Position numbers and translations under genes: made by a program. This document shows positions 1-11,700 of a stretch of DNA of 64,000 nt, one piece after another. The DNA is taken from positions 17,305 through 81,304 of the forward strand of contig CAYXYB010000013.1 in the NCBI GenBank assembly GCA_964469215.1. Direction: 5' to 3'. The stretch comes from an uncultured Lentimicrobiaceae bacterium. Lineage in GTDB: Bacteria > Bacteroidota > Bacteroidia > Bacteroidales > SKPS01. Each line of letters starts with the position of its first letter. Within the stretch, counting starts at the first letter, position 1. The notes below the pieces were generated by a model that was given only the letters and a program-made list of their open reading frames with translations, made no database searches and had not been told where the DNA came from.

Positions 1-136
1 TCACCTGCTGTGAAGGGAATGCAGGCATCCGTTTACCGTCTTCGAGTGATTCAACAACGAAGCCTGTTTTGGTCTGGCCGATCATTTTATACAAACCGGG
101 CTTACCACCGATTGAAACAATTTTGCTTAGGTCCAT
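1..136 (-). CDS. DUF5606-family protein, 5' part only (gene runs off the left edge)
   Basis: ATG at 136 on the minus strand. The translation MDLSKIVSIGGKPGLYKMIGQTKTGFVVESLEDGKRMPAFPSQQV resembles the conserved N-terminus of the small Bacteroidota DUF5606 family. It is absent from the ORF track because it is truncated by the window edge. Confidence 0.6.
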   Translation of the reverse strand, partial: MDLSKIVSIGGKPGLYKMIGQTKTGFVVESLEDGKRMPAFPSQQV

Positions 137-155
137 AATGATAGTGTTTGGATTG

Positions 156-163
156 CAAAGATA
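156..163 (-). promoter_or_regulatory. candidate Bacteroidota -7 box (TATCTTTG on minus strand) for the DUF5606 gene
   Basis: The plus strand reads CAAAGATA, which is TAnnTTTG on the minus strand, about 20 nt upstream of the ATG at 136. Confidence 0.4.
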
Positions 164-192
164 ATCAGAAAAATCGTGCAATAAGGGAAATC

Positions 193-262
193 GGCTGTTG
201 GCTGTTGGCTGTTGGCTGTTGGCTGTTGGCTATTGGCTATTGGCTGTTGGCTATTGGCTTTT
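193..262. repeat. tandem heptamer array (GGCTRTT) x9 ending in a T-run
   Basis: Direct reading gives GGCTGTT x5, GGCTATT x2, GGCTGTT, GGCTATT, then GGCTTTTTTTT. The same unit recurs at 20308-20340 and, inverted, at 63489-63502. Confidence 0.95.
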
Positions 263-310
263 TTTTATTACTGATTTTTGATTGCTGATTAGCGATTTTT
301 TTTACACATA

Positions 311-397
311 GGGAATCGGGGAAATCGGGGAAATCGGGGCACTTCGACTCCGCTCAGTGCCCGGGGGAATCGTAAAGTCGTAAATTCGTAAAGTCGT
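311..397. repeat. composite of GGGGAAATC x3, a GGGCACT/AGTGCCC hairpin (337-362) and CGTAAAKT x3 (371-397)
   Basis: Read directly: gggaatc ggggaaatc ggggaaatc gggg, then a 7-bp stem GGGCACT...AGTGCCC with a 12-nt loop, then cgtaaagt cgtaaatt cgtaaagt cgt. The reverse complements (CCCCGATTT, ATTACGA-like) occur in the 45528-46068 island. Confidence 0.9.
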
Positions 398-406
398 GCA
401 CCCTTA

Positions 407-979
407 TCACACCAGGTTAGCAAACCCCATAAAAGCGAGTGCCATGATGCCTGCCACAACGAGTGCAACAGGGACACCCCTCATCCCTTTTGGAACTTCC
501 ATCATGTCGAGATGCTCGCGGATTCCGGCAAAAAGAACCATAGCAAGGGCAAAACCAATAGCAGTAGAGACAGCAAAAGTAACACCCTGAAGAAGATTAT
601 AGTCCTTGTTAATTGTAAGGATAGCAACACCGAGTACGGTACAATTTGTAGTAATCAGAGGGAGGTAAATTCCCAGGGCCTGATAAAGGCTGGGGACAGT
701 TTTTTTCAGGATTAATTCGACCATCTGTACCAGGAATGCAATCACAAAGATAAAACTGATGGTTTGAAGGAATCCCAGGTTAAAAGGTTCCAGCAAATAC
801 TGCTGAATCAGCCAGGTCACGATAGTGGACAAAGTCATAACGAACAATACGGCACCACTCATCCCTGCAGCGGTACCAACCCTGGATGACACTCCCAGGA
901 AAGGACAGATTCCCAGAAACTGGGCAAGGACAATATTGCTTACGAATGCTGATCCGATAAATATTATGATGTATTCCAT
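407..979 (-). CDS. rnfA: Rnf electron-transport complex subunit A
   Basis: 190-aa polytopic membrane protein. MEYIIIFIGSAFVSNIVLAQFLGICPFLGVS and TTNCTVLGVA are typical of RnfA/NqrE. It is the last gene of an rnfBCDGEA cluster. Confidence 0.9.
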   Translation of the reverse strand: MEYIIIFIGSAFVSNIVLAQFLGICPFLGVSSRVGTAAGMSGAVLFVMTLSTIVTWLIQQYLLEPFNLGFLQTISFIFVIAFLVQMVELILKKTVPSLYQALGIYLPLITTNCTVLGVAILTINKDYNLLQGVTFAVSTAIGFALAMVLFAGIREHLDMMEVPKGMRGVPVALVVAGIMALAFMGFANLV

Positions 980-997
980 TGTTATTCAGAAATTTGA

Positions 998-1606
998 TTA
1001 GATTTTCTTTTTAATAATATTGGTTAGGGAAATCATATAGCCAACCACGATAAATGCACCGGGAGCAAGGACAAAAACCAGAATGGTTTGAGGATTTCCC
1101 TGGGCATCGAGGGGGAAAACCGGGATTCTGTATCCAAGCAGGGAACCGGATCCCAACAGTTCACGGATACCGCCGAGGATTGCCAGGGCCATAGCAAAAC
1201 CAAGACCCATTCCAAGACCATCAATTATGGATGAAAGGATGTTGTTTTTACTGGCAAACGCTTCGGCTCTTCCGAGCACAATACAATTGACCACTATCAG
1301 AGGGATAAATAATCCCAACTCCTTATGGAGAGCGGGAACATAACCTTTTAAAAGCAAGTCGACAACAGTGACGAATGTAGCAATAATAACAATAAAAGCG
1401 GGTATTCTGACTTTTCCGGGGATTACATCTTTAACAAGTGAAATCACCAGATTAGACATAACAAGAACAAAAGTAGTTGCTAATCCCATTCCCAAACCAT
1501 TGAAAACAGATGTTGTTACACCAAGTGTAGGGCAAAATCCCAGTAACAACACCAACACGGGGTTTTCTTTAATAAATCCTTTTGTAAAATTTTTCCATTG
1601 ATTCAT
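998..1606 (-). CDS. rnfE: Rnf electron-transport complex subunit E
   Basis: 202-aa membrane protein with [19 protein letters not shown] and [14 protein letters not shown] (RnfE/NqrD-like). Its ATG overlaps the rnfG stop as ATGA. Confidence 0.9.
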   Translation of the reverse strand: MNQWKNFTKGFIKENPVLVLLLGFCPTLGVTTSVFNGLGMGLATTFVLVMSNLVISLVKDVIPGKVRIPAFIVIIATFVTVVDLLLKGYVPALHKELGLFIPLIVVNCIVLGRAEAFASKNNILSSIIDGLGMGLGFAMALAILGGIRELLGSGSLLGYRIPVFPLDAQGNPQTILVFVLAPGAFIVVGYMISLTNIIKKKI

Positions 1607-2193
1607 TTCTGAGCTCCTCCATCTTTAATAAACTCATCGTAGGCACGTTGTACTGCATCCGAGAAGGCACGGGAGGTAATGGTTGCTGCGGTTATAGCGT
1701 CCACGTCACCTCCGTCCTTGGTCACTTTTAATTTGAATTCAGCAGGGTTTTCACCGATAAATTGTTTGGGAAAACCTGATTTGGAAGCATCCATCTTATC
1801 CCCTAGACCAGGTGTTTCAGTATGCTCCAGCACAGAGGTATTTATAATAGATCCATCCGGCCGGAAACCTACCATAATCCTGAATTTCCCGCTAAATCCT
1901 TTCGTAGTATAAGTTTCGACAGCAGTACCAACCAATTCATCACCATTCATTGCATAATAGAAGATAAGCTTGTCCTTATCGGTTATCTCAACCTCTTTTA
2001 TATCCTTACTGACTTCGTATTCGACATCAGTAGGCAGTACAACCTTAAGGGAAGACTCCAGCTTCTGTTTTTCTGCAAGGGCAATTGCGTCGGCAGTAAG
2101 GTTTTTCACCCCTGCAAGGGCAAAACCTGCAAGAGTTGTGATGATCACCAGTGTGGCGACCATATTTGTAAAAGTAGACTCTTTTTTAGCCAT
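1603..2193 (-). CDS. rnfG: Rnf complex subunit G (FMN-binding)
   Basis: N-terminal membrane anchor and an FMN-attachment-type motif [14 protein letters not shown]. Start set at the ATG at 2193 (MAKKESTF...), which overlaps the rnfD stop by 8 nt. The ORF-track start at 2211 lies deeper inside rnfD. Confidence 0.85.
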   Translation of the reverse strand: MAKKESTFTNMVATLVIITTLAGFALAGVKNLTADAIALAEKQKLESSLKVVLPTDVEYEVSKDIKEVEITDKDKLIFYYAMNGDELVGTAVETYTTKGFSGKFRIMVGFRPDGSIINTSVLEHTETPGLGDKMDASKSGFPKQFIGENPAEFKLKVTKDGGDVDAITAATITSRAFSDAVQRAYDEFIKDGGAQK

Positions 2194-3184
2194 TGTTAAT
2201 AACCTCCCCAAATCGTTTTGGTTTTATAGATCTGTTTATCAGTGGCACGAAAGCGTTCATTATCAGTATTGCGAAAGAAACACCTTCGGGATATGCGCCG
2301 AACACCCTAATGACGATGGTAAGGATACCGCATCCAGCTCCGAAAATCAGCATCCCCTTTGCCGACATAGGTGAAGTTACCATGTCGGTAGCCATAAAGA
2401 AAGCACCCAGAAAGAGTCCACCGGTAAGCAGGTGGAAAATAGGATCCATATACATGTCAGGGTTAACCAGCCATAGTATTCCGGTAAAAATTATTACCGA
2501 GCCAAAATATGCCACAGGGATATGCCAGGAGATCACTTTTCTGAACAACATGTATAATGCGCCAATCAAAAGTGCGATAGCGGAAATCTCGCCAAGGCTT
2601 CCGTACATGTTGCCAAGAAGAAGGTCGGCATATTCCGGAATAGCGTCAAGGTTTCCGGCTTTTGCCAGTGCAAGGGGTGTTGCTCCGGTAATGTTGTCAA
2701 GTGCTACTTTATCGAGGCCTCCAAAATTTAAAATTCCCCGACTCTCAAAAGGTTTAGGCCACATAGTCATGTCAACAGGAAATGATATCAGCAGAAAAAC
2801 ACGGCCGACGAGAGCCGGGTTGAACGGATTCTTTCCGAGGCCTCCAAAGGTCATTTTACCGATTCCTATTGAGACAAGGGCGCCAATTACAACCATCCAA
2901 ACTGGCAGGCTTGATGGCAGGTTGAAAGCGAGAAGGGTTCCGGTGACAATTGCCGAACCATCAGCAATTGTTGATTTTGCCTTCAACAGGAACTTCGTTA
3001 TCAGCCATTCGAAAAGTATACAAGTAATAACAGCTACAAGGGTTACTTTTACAGCACCCAGGCCAAAAAACCAGAGAGAGACAAGCAACGCAGGTATCAG
3101 GGCGATGACAACATCGAACATGATACCTCTTACTGTTCTGTCGGTTTGGATATGCGGTGAACCTGAAAGTGTTAGTAAGTTCAT
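2186..3184 (-). CDS. rnfD: Rnf complex subunit D
   Basis: Polytopic membrane protein with SPHI near the N-terminus and FFMATDMVTSP (RnfD/NqrB FMN-site motif). Start set at 3184 (MNLLTLSGSPHIQ), 13 nt after the rnfC stop. The ORF-track start at 3229 would overlap rnfC by 32 nt. Confidence 0.88.
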   Translation of the reverse strand: MNLLTLSGSPHIQTDRTVRGIMFDVVIALIPALLVSLWFFGLGAVKVTLVAVITCILFEWLITKFLLKAKSTIADGSAIVTGTLLAFNLPSSLPVWMVVIGALVSIGIGKMTFGGLGKNPFNPALVGRVFLLISFPVDMTMWPKPFESRGILNFGGLDKVALDNITGATPLALAKAGNLDAIPEYADLLLGNMYGSLGEISAIALLIGALYMLFRKVISWHIPVAYFGSVIIFTGILWLVNPDMYMDPIFHLLTGGLFLGAFFMATDMVTSPMSAKGMLIFGAGCGILTIVIRVFGAYPEGVSFAILIMNAFVPLINRSIKPKRFGEVINNG

Positions 3185-3197
3185 ATTGTGAATATTG

Positions 3198-4535
3198 TTA
3201 ATTCTTTCTTGTTCTGATGATATTTCCAACCTTTAATTTTCCAAGGCGTACAAAATCTAGCAGTGGCCTGCCTGCAGGGCATTCCCATTGGCATGATCCA
3301 CATTCTATACAGTCCATTATCCTGTTCTTTTCTGCCTCTTCCCACTTAGCAAGGTTTGCCAGTTGAGCAAGGAGATACGGTTCGAGCCCCATAGGGCATA
3401 CTTTGGTACATTTGGCACAGCGAATGCAATTCAGAACCTCTTTTCTGAGGGATTCACCCTGTTGCATAATAAGTATTCCGGAAGTGCCTTTGGTAACAGG
3501 TGCTTCAAGTGAGTTGAGAGCTTTTCCCATCATAGGGCCTCCACTAATAACCTTTCCTGAATCGTTGGGTAGCCCGCCAGCTTTATCAATAAGTGCCTGT
3601 ACCGGGGTTCCTATCCGAACTACCAGGTTGCAGGGATTTTCAACACCCTTTCCTGTCACTGTGACCACACGTTCAATAAGAGGTTTATTCTTCTGAACTG
3701 CCTCATAAACGGCCAGTGCAGTACCGGCATTACTCACAACACAGCCAACATCAAGAGGTAGTTTTCCGGAGGGAACCTCACGGTTCAAAACAGCTTTTAT
3801 AAGCTGCTTCTCAGCGCCCTGAGGGTACTGAACCTTAAGTGCTGCTACATCTATCCCTTTTAAATTTCTGGTCATTTCGGTCAGATGAACGATGGCGTCA
3901 GGTTTGTTCTTTTCAATGCCGATAACTGTCCGATCCACACCAAGGCCTTTCATCAATATTTGAACACCGATGAGCATCTCTTCAGCACGCTCAAGCATAA
4001 CTCTGTGGTCGGCAGTAAGATAAGGTTCACATTCCACCCCGTTTATCAACAGGGTCTCAATCTTTTTGCCATCCGGCACCATAAGTTTAACATGGGTAGG
4101 GAATGTGGCACCTCCCATGCCAACAATACCCTTGTCTTTGATCCTGGCAATAATACCGGCCTTATCTGCAGTTATTTCCCTGATAATTTCAGGGGAAGTA
4201 TCGATACCATCTTCCCAAATCTCCTCATCAGCAACATCAATAAAAATCATTGTCCGCCTGTAACCGCTCTGGTCAGGGTGAAGATCAATTTTTGCGACTT
4301 TACCTGTTGCGGGTGAATGTATATTGGCAGAAATGAAAGCTTCACCAACAGCCAGCAATTGTCCTGTTTTCACCTCATCGCCCTTGTTTACAATAATCTT
4401 TGCCGGAGCTCCCAGATGTTGAGATACCGGTACGTAAACCTGTTTTACCTGTTCCAGCATCTCGATGGGTATATTTGCAGAGATCTTGTTTCCTTCCGGA
4501 TGAATTCCACCTAATTTAAAGGTCAGAGTTTTCAA
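3198..4535 (-). CDS. rnfC: Rnf complex subunit C (NADH-binding, 2x[4Fe-4S])
   Basis: Two ferredoxin motifs, CIRCAKCTKVCP and CIECGSCQWECP, plus a GGATFPTHVK region. Homolog-like N-terminus (L)KTLTFKLGGIHPEGNK. Start placed at the TTG at 4535, preceded by AGGGAGGA. An alternative ATG at 4589 overlaps rnfB by 8 nt. The ORF-track start at 4745 lies inside rnfB. Confidence 0.85.
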   Translation of the reverse strand: MKTLTFKLGGIHPEGNKISANIPIEMLEQVKQVYVPVSQHLGAPAKIIVNKGDEVKTGQLLAVGEAFISANIHSPATGKVAKIDLHPDQSGYRRTMIFIDVADEEIWEDGIDTSPEIIREITADKAGIIARIKDKGIVGMGGATFPTHVKLMVPDGKKIETLLINGVECEPYLTADHRVMLERAEEMLIGVQILMKGLGVDRTVIGIEKNKPDAIVHLTEMTRNLKGIDVAALKVQYPQGAEKQLIKAVLNREVPSGKLPLDVGCVVSNAGTALAVYEAVQKNKPLIERVVTVTGKGVENPCNLVVRIGTPVQALIDKAGGLPNDSGKVISGGPMMGKALNSLEAPVTKGTSGILIMQQGESLRKEVLNCIRCAKCTKVCPMGLEPYLLAQLANLAKWEEAEKNRIMDCIECGSCQWECPAGRPLLDFVRLGKLKVGNIIRTRKN

Positions 4536-4581
4536 GGTTTTGTCCTCCCTGTTATGTTGATTTTTTGTTTTGTACGTTGAA

Positions 4582-5454
4582 TTATACATCAGCTTCTGCA
4601 ACAGGTGCAGGATCTTTTTCTTTTCGTGGCGGGAAATTAAGTTCAATAATTGCCGTGGTGGGGCACTCAGGAACACATTTACGGCACAGCTTGCATTTTT
4701 CGTAATCGATATATGCGATGTTGTTCTCCATTGTGATAGCATCATGGGGGCATATTTTCACACATTTACCACAGCCGATGCATGCAACACAACAGTTTTT
4801 TCTTGCAAGTGCGCCTTTCTCCGTGTTGATACAGCTAACGTAGATTCTTTTGCTTTTCTTCCCTTTGTTCCTTAACTCGATAATGGTTCTGGGGCAAGCT
4901 TTTACACATGCTCCACAAGCCACACATTTCTCTTCATCAACGACAGGAAGGCTGGTCTCCTCATCCATCCATATAGCATCGAAGGTACAGGAAATCACGC
5001 AATCACCCAGTCCGAGGCAGCCGTTTGGACACCCTGATTCGCCTGATGACAGAGCATGAGCAAAGGCACAAGTCTGTGGCCCATCGTAGACTATTTTAAC
5101 AGGTGCGTTAGCCTTTGTACCAGAACACCTGACAACTGCTATCTGAGGCTCTCTTGCCACTGCCTCCATACCCAGAACTTTTGCAATAGCGGCTGCAACC
5201 TCATTACCACCGACAGGACAACTCAGAGCTGAGAGGTCACCCTGTTCAGCAGCCTTTACCATAGCTTCTGCAAATGCACGGCAACCGGCTAGGCCACATC
5301 CTCCACAATTTGCACCTGGTAACAACTCCTCAACATCATCTATCCTCGGATCTTCGATAACCTTGAACTTCTGTGCTACAAAATACAATATCACTGCTGC
5401 AGCCAAACCAATGGATCCTAACGAAACAACTGCAGTTATAATTACGCTTGTCAC
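4582..5454 (-). CDS. rnfB: Rnf complex subunit B (polyferredoxin type)
   Basis: N-terminal TM helix, a CGGCGLAGC cluster motif, and CVACGACVKACP, CIGCGKCVKICP and CKLCRKCVPECP motifs. GTG start at 5454 preceded by AAGGAGA. No in-frame ATG lies nearby. Confidence 0.88.
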   Translation of the reverse strand: MTSVIITAVVSLGSIGLAAAVILYFVAQKFKVIEDPRIDDVEELLPGANCGGCGLAGCRAFAEAMVKAAEQGDLSALSCPVGGNEVAAAIAKVLGMEAVAREPQIAVVRCSGTKANAPVKIVYDGPQTCAFAHALSSGESGCPNGCLGLGDCVISCTFDAIWMDEETSLPVVDEEKCVACGACVKACPRTIIELRNKGKKSKRIYVSCINTEKGALARKNCCVACIGCGKCVKICPHDAITMENNIAYIDYEKCKLCRKCVPECPTTAIIELNFPPRKEKDPAPVAEADV

Positions 5455-5488
5455 GTGTTTATCTCCTTTCTTTATTACATCTGATGCG

Positions 5489-5496
5489 CAAAAGTA
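5489..5496 (-). promoter_or_regulatory. candidate -7 box (TACTTTTG on minus strand) for the rnf operon
   Basis: The plus strand reads CAAAAGTA, which is TAnnTTTG on the minus strand, 34 nt upstream of the rnfB start. Confidence 0.4.
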
Positions 5497-5715
5497 AAAA
5501 AAACAAACATTTTTTTTAAACCATTAAAAGTTATCTGTTCTTTTTAAAGCATTGTTTTAGTGGTTTGTATAAAATAGTGGCATTTATGCGCTAAGATCAA
5601 AAGGAGTATATAATACTGATTTATTGACAATTGTAAAACTGTTTAGATAACGTCTAAATATCAGGAATTCGATTAATCCTATTAACAGATATAATGAAAT
5701 GTATCGTAAAAAGCG

Positions 5716-5723
5716 TATCTTTG
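5716..5723 (+). promoter_or_regulatory. candidate -7 box TATCTTTG for the giant surface-protein gene
   Basis: Exact TAnnTTTG match 53 nt upstream of the ATG at 5777. The same octamer recurs before several other genes in the window. Confidence 0.4.
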
Positions 5724-5776
5724 AGATTGTTTAGTTTTCGATATCAATAAAAAATCATTACAAAAAATCAATAATT

Positions 5777-8700
5777 ATGAAGCGTGTATACACTTTTTCT
5801 GTTATTTTATTAGTTTTCAGCCTGCTGTCCAATGGCCAGACTATTGTTTACCAGGAGGGTTTTGAGGGCACGCCGTCAGTTGCTTCAGCAGGGACGCAGT
5901 TATGGGGTCTAAACACAACACTGTATAACTCCGGTACAAAATCATATTCAGCTCATATTGTTAATCCCGGAGATTCATCGTTGTTATCGACAACAAGTTT
6001 CAGTACAACGGGAAATCTTTATGTTTTGCTAGAGTTCAGCCATATTTGCAAGATTGAGTTTTTTGATGAGGGTACGATATGGGTATCAAATAACAACGGA
6101 ACAAGCTGGACACAATTAACAGAGACACAATATCTGGGCAGTGGAGGATTCAGTGCAGCCTCCGGGAACAAGTTCACCTCAACTGCCTACACCACATGGA
6201 TTCCGGGCAACCCAACCCCTCCGAACAACACCTGGTGGAAGAATGAAGTATTCAATATATCAAACTTAGTGGGCAATTCATCACAGGTAATGATAAAGTT
6301 TGTTTTAAAAGACATGAACAATGGAACTCTATATGATAACTGGGGTTGGGTAATTGACGATATTAAAGTAACCGCCAATATTGATGAGATGATACCCCCG
6401 GCAATAACACTTACACCACCTTTGCTGCCTGACACTGTATATCACACAGGCCCTTTTCAGGTTTTTGCAGAGATCACCGATTTCAGCGGTATTGATACTG
6501 CAGTGGTTGTTTACACTGTCAACAGTGGCACCCCTGACACAATCGGTATGGCAATACAATCAGGCAACATTTACACTGCCGATATTCCAAGTAATACCTA
6601 TAACTCGTTAATCTGTTATCATGTTCTTGCCTGGGATGGGTCAACCTTTTCCAACATGGGTCGTTATCCGCAGACGGGATGTATAAGTTTCAAGGTTAAG
6701 CAGCCGCCCCAGCTTGTTACAATAGGTACTGGTACAAGCAACAGCACCTCTCCTGGCCCTATAATCATCACGAGTGCCAGCAGCACTTACCTATACAGTA
6801 ATCACATAAGCATATTCACACCGGCCGAACTGAATGCAGCAGGTATCATTGAGTCGATGGCATGGAACAAGGCGAACACCAGCGGATATAATCTGGGCAA
6901 TGCGACGCTGAGGATATACCTCAAGCATACCACCATCACTTCAATACCTTCAACAGTTGGTACATTCACCTCGGAGCTGAGTGGAGCAACACTTGTATAT
7001 CAGAGCACCACACAGAATCTGCTACTCTCGACAGGTTGGCAAACATTTATGTTCAACATGCCCAACAGCTTTAACTACAATGGCAACAACAATCTCATGG
7101 TATTGGTTGAATGGTACAGGCCCGGAAACGCAACAGGAGGGTTAAACTGGTATTACACTACTGCAACGGGTATGGGGCAGAGCTGGAGCTCCTCAACAAA
7201 TCCCCCGAATTACGTTTACGGAACCAACATGAGGCCAAACATACAGATCGGGTTCCAGGTGACAAACTATCAGTATGATGTTGGAATTTCGCAGATCATC
7301 GAACCAACCGGAACTGCAATAGCAGGCACAAATCCGGTACGTATATTCTTAAAAAACCACGGAACAGATACTATCACAAAAGCCACAATAAATTATACCT
7401 ATAACGGGCAATCCAGACCACCTTACATCTGGACGGGGACCATTCTTCCATATCTGTCATCCAATGCCATTACTCTTGGAAACGAGCTGATGTCTCCGGG
7501 GTCATATTCAGTAAAAGCGTGGGCATCGATGCCAAACGACAGTGCAGACCAGAACCCGAATAATGATACGGCAGTATCTTCAGGTTTTGTCTGCCTGAAC
7601 GTATTAAATGGCACTTATACAGTTGGCAATTCGCCAACAGCAGATTTTCCTACCATAACAGATGCAATAACTGCAGTTACACAATGCGGCATGTCGGGAC
7701 CTGTAGTATTCAGCCTTTTACCGGGGATACACCAAACCCAAATGACGTTTCAGAACATTCCGGGAACATCCGCCATCAACACTATAACGTTCAGGTCATC
7801 GACTATGAATCCCAATGATGTTGTGATAAAATACAACGCAACCGGCACTGCCGATAATTTTGTGCTGAAACTTGACGGGGCAAGATACCTTAACTTTGAA
7901 TATCTGACATTTCAGGCGGAGAACACTACTTATGGCAATGTAATATACATAGCTAACTCTTCATTTAACAACAAGTTTACTGGCAATAAGATTATTGGTC
8001 CTATGGTTTCTGTAAACTCAACCAATATATGCCTGGTTTACAGCCCATCGGGCACTGCCAATAACGACTCGAACCATGTATTCCGGTTGAACAGGTTTTA
8101 CTATGGGTCTTATGGGTTTCTGTTTTACGGAGCCTCCTCTACCGTTACAGTTAAGGGTATAGTAATTGACTCAAATCAGTTCATTAATCAGTATTACAGG
8201 GGTATAGATCTCAGGTACCATGAGGCTCCTGTTATCACTTCAAACTACATCTATTCACAAACCGAGGCTATCCATGGGACTGCCAACACTTACTATTACG
8301 GTATGTACCTCAATTATTGCCAGAACGAAATGAGAGTTGAGAAGAATACTATCAATGCACCCTTTGGAACATATGGGATTTATGTGGCAACCTGTACTTC
8401 AACGCCCGGCAGGGAAGCTCTTTTTGCCAATAACATGATTTCCGAGATTGGGGGATTCACCTTTGTATACGGTTTTTATTTAAGCAATGCCAATTATCAT
8501 TATTATTATCATAATTCTGTAAACATCACATCTCCAACAAGTAATGCAGGCCATGCCTTTTATCTGGCTTCGGGCAGTAGTATTCAGTTACTTAACAATA
8601 TATTTGCAAACACAGGAGGAGCATTCTGTGTTTACATAAGTGCCCCTGCAGCGGTATCACGTTCAAATTACAACAATCTTTTTTCGGTTGCCACCACAAA

Positions 8701-11700
8701 CTGGGGTTATTGGAACGGCACTATCAGCAACCTTAATATGTGGAAATCTGCCAGTGGTGTTGACACCAATTCGGTATCCATAAATCCTGGTTTTACCTCC
8801 CCCAGTAATCTTCATGTTTCGAGTATCCCCATGAACAATCTTGGCACCCCGGCAGCTTTAGTGCCCGTTGATTTCGACTGGGATGTAAGAAGCCTTACGA
8901 CTCCCGATATCGGGGCAGATGAGTATACGCCACCGGCTAAAGATTTACTTTTTACGAATGTTCTATGGCCCAGGAGCAGCTGTGCATTAGGTTCACAGGA
9001 AGAGGTCAGGCTACTTGTCAGGAATAACGGTACCGACCCTGTTACTTCATTTACGGCCACATATAAGATAAACAACCTGCCGGCCGTTACAGAAACTTTT
9101 AATAAAAACATTCCCCCATTAACTACCGACACCCTGAAATTTCTTTCCAAAGCCAACATGTCTGCATACGGGTTATATAATATTCAGTTCTATACATCAC
9201 TTCCAAATGATGAAAATCTTTTAAACGACACTATTAATGATTATTTGATTTTTAATAGTCATAATTTCTATGATTACGATTATTTCACCAGTTTCGAGAT
9301 TGACGATCCGGTAAGGGGACCGTACTCTTATATTGATGGAAATAATGACAACTCATACTGGCACTTTTTTGGAAATGCAACTACTGCAAAAACAGGTATG
9401 ATATACATGGGTTATGAGTGTAATCAGAGTAATGCAGGCAATGACTGGTTTTTCACCAGATGTTTCACATTCGAGGCCAATCGCACATACGAGCTTTCAT
9501 TCTGGTATAGAACATCAGACGCCACCTATTCCCAGAGTGTTGATGTTAAACTCGGCAATGCAACCACGATTGCATCAATGACTACTAACCTTATAAGTTT
9601 GCCGGGGTTTAGCAACGCAGCCTATCAGCAGGCTGTGACGACATTCAGTGTACCTGTTACAGGAGTTTATTATTTGGGATTTTATGCCTCCAGCCCTCCG
9701 GTTGCAACCACAGTACAGGTTATGGCCTGTATAGATGACATGACCATCAAGCTGTTACCTCCCTTTGATGCCGGTGTTATTGCTATTACGGAGCCTCACC
9801 AGGGTTGTGGCCTGACCTATGAGCCGGTAACGGTTAAGATAAAGAACTTTGGAACATCAAACATTGTAAGTGGTCTTACCGCCTCGTACCGTGTAGACAA
9901 TCATCCGGTTGTTACGGAGGTTGTGACCGGAATACTTCTTACAGGAGATACCATCAACTATACATTCAATACCCCTGTCAATCTCACTTCCGTCAATGAC
10001 ACTGCATTCGTGATAACCACATGGACAAACCTGCCCGGTGATACTCTTTTAAGTTCCAATGCAAATGATACAGCAACGAGGATCGTAAAGTCATTCTCTC
10101 TTCCCGACCCTCCTGTTGTTTATGGTGACACCATTGCCTCCGGCAATACTGCAATGCTTACAGCAACCAGTTCAAATACGGTCTACTGGTATGATGATAT
10201 TGTCGGAGCACAGTCGCTGGCCTACGGAAATACATACATAACTCCTCCTCTTTTTGCAAATAAAACCTATTATGCTGAGGTTGGTTCAGAAACACCGGCA
10301 AGTGTTGTCAGTGGAACAGGAACATCCACACAATATAATCTGCCGTTTTACGGGTACTATGAATACGGATGGTCAGCGTTTACGATAAATCCCGGCTCAA
10401 TGGGATACATTGATTCCATAGGTTTCGAGGTGGGTACAACAACGACAAATTATCAGATGCCAACTCAGCGTATATATATGGCACTGGTACACGATTCGGT
10501 GTTCTCAACATCAACGAAACCTGATCCGGCAATGATGACACTTGTATTTAACGGAACCATAAATTACAGTGGCCCCGGTTTCCAGATGATACGACTTGCC
10601 ACCTCATTCTTTTATGACCCTGATTATGTTCTTCTTGTATATTATGAAAACCAGAAAGGGAGCACTTCCACAGGTTACCCCAGTTTCAGGTACACAACCA
10701 CCACCCAATATCAGGCTATGTACAGAACGCAAAACAGTAGTTTCCCCAATCTTGACGGATATGTTACCTATAACAGGCCTAATTTAAGGTTCTTTATAAG
10801 ACAAGGGACAGGTTGCCGCAGCACCAGGGTACCTGCTTATGTTGTTGTTAACCTTCCACCTATAGATGCAGGAGTTTCAACTATACTCTCACCCATGCAA
10901 TTTGCACAGACAGGATCAAGCAAACCGGTAGTCGTTGAGGTTAAAAATTACGGTCAAAACCAACTCACCACGATACCTGTAAGTTATCAGTTAAATAACC
11001 TTCCAGTGGTCAGTCAAAACTGGGCAGGCACTTTAACAACCGGACAGACCGATACGATATCATTCCCTGTCATCACCATTCCGGCTGGATTTTCAACATT
11101 GAAAGCATGGACAGCTCTCACAGGTGATGGGGTAATACTAAACGATAGTGCAATGATAAACATTCTGGGGACTACACTTGTGCCACTGTCGTTCTGGGAT
11201 AATTTCGATGCTGTGACACAGTTCACGGCCAACACAACACCATATACCAACTGGCAGGTTGGCCCTCCGTCATACGGTACTCTCAACAATGCTTACAGCT
11301 CTCCCAATTCATGGTGTACAAATCTCCAGGGGGCATATTATATAAATGCAGAAGCTATCCTTACCTCCCCTTTGTTTGATTTCAGCAACGCGGTGAATGC
11401 CAATCTTGGTTTCTGGATGAGTTATAATTCAGAACTTGGTTACGATGGTATGTTTGTGGAATTCAGCCTTGATAATGGGTTGAACTGGAGCTTGCTGGGG
11501 GTTGTTAATGATACTAATGGAGTAAACTGGTACAATACAGCAAACTTAGTTTCCTCTGCCGGGCCTGCATGGTCAGGAAATTCACAGGGGTGGCAATATA
11601 CCTCATTTAACCTGAACCAGTTCACCGGTATGGCAGGTATCCGTTTCAGGTTCAAGTTTATGTCAAACGGAAGCGGGAATTATGAAGGATTCTGTATTGA

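Noticed and set aside
289-477. 62-aa minus-strand ORF ending ...RFPRFPRFPMCKKNR
   Set aside because: The RFP repeats are simply the translated GGGGAAATC tandem array. The ORF overlaps the 3' end of rnfA and has no start context. I treat it as spurious.
2193-3191. 332-aa plus-strand ORF covering almost all of rnfD in antisense
   Set aside because: Its translation is low-complexity (P/R/S/I-rich) with no recognisable motif. The minus-strand frame encodes a clear RnfD with conserved motifs and operon context. This is a typical shadow ORF.
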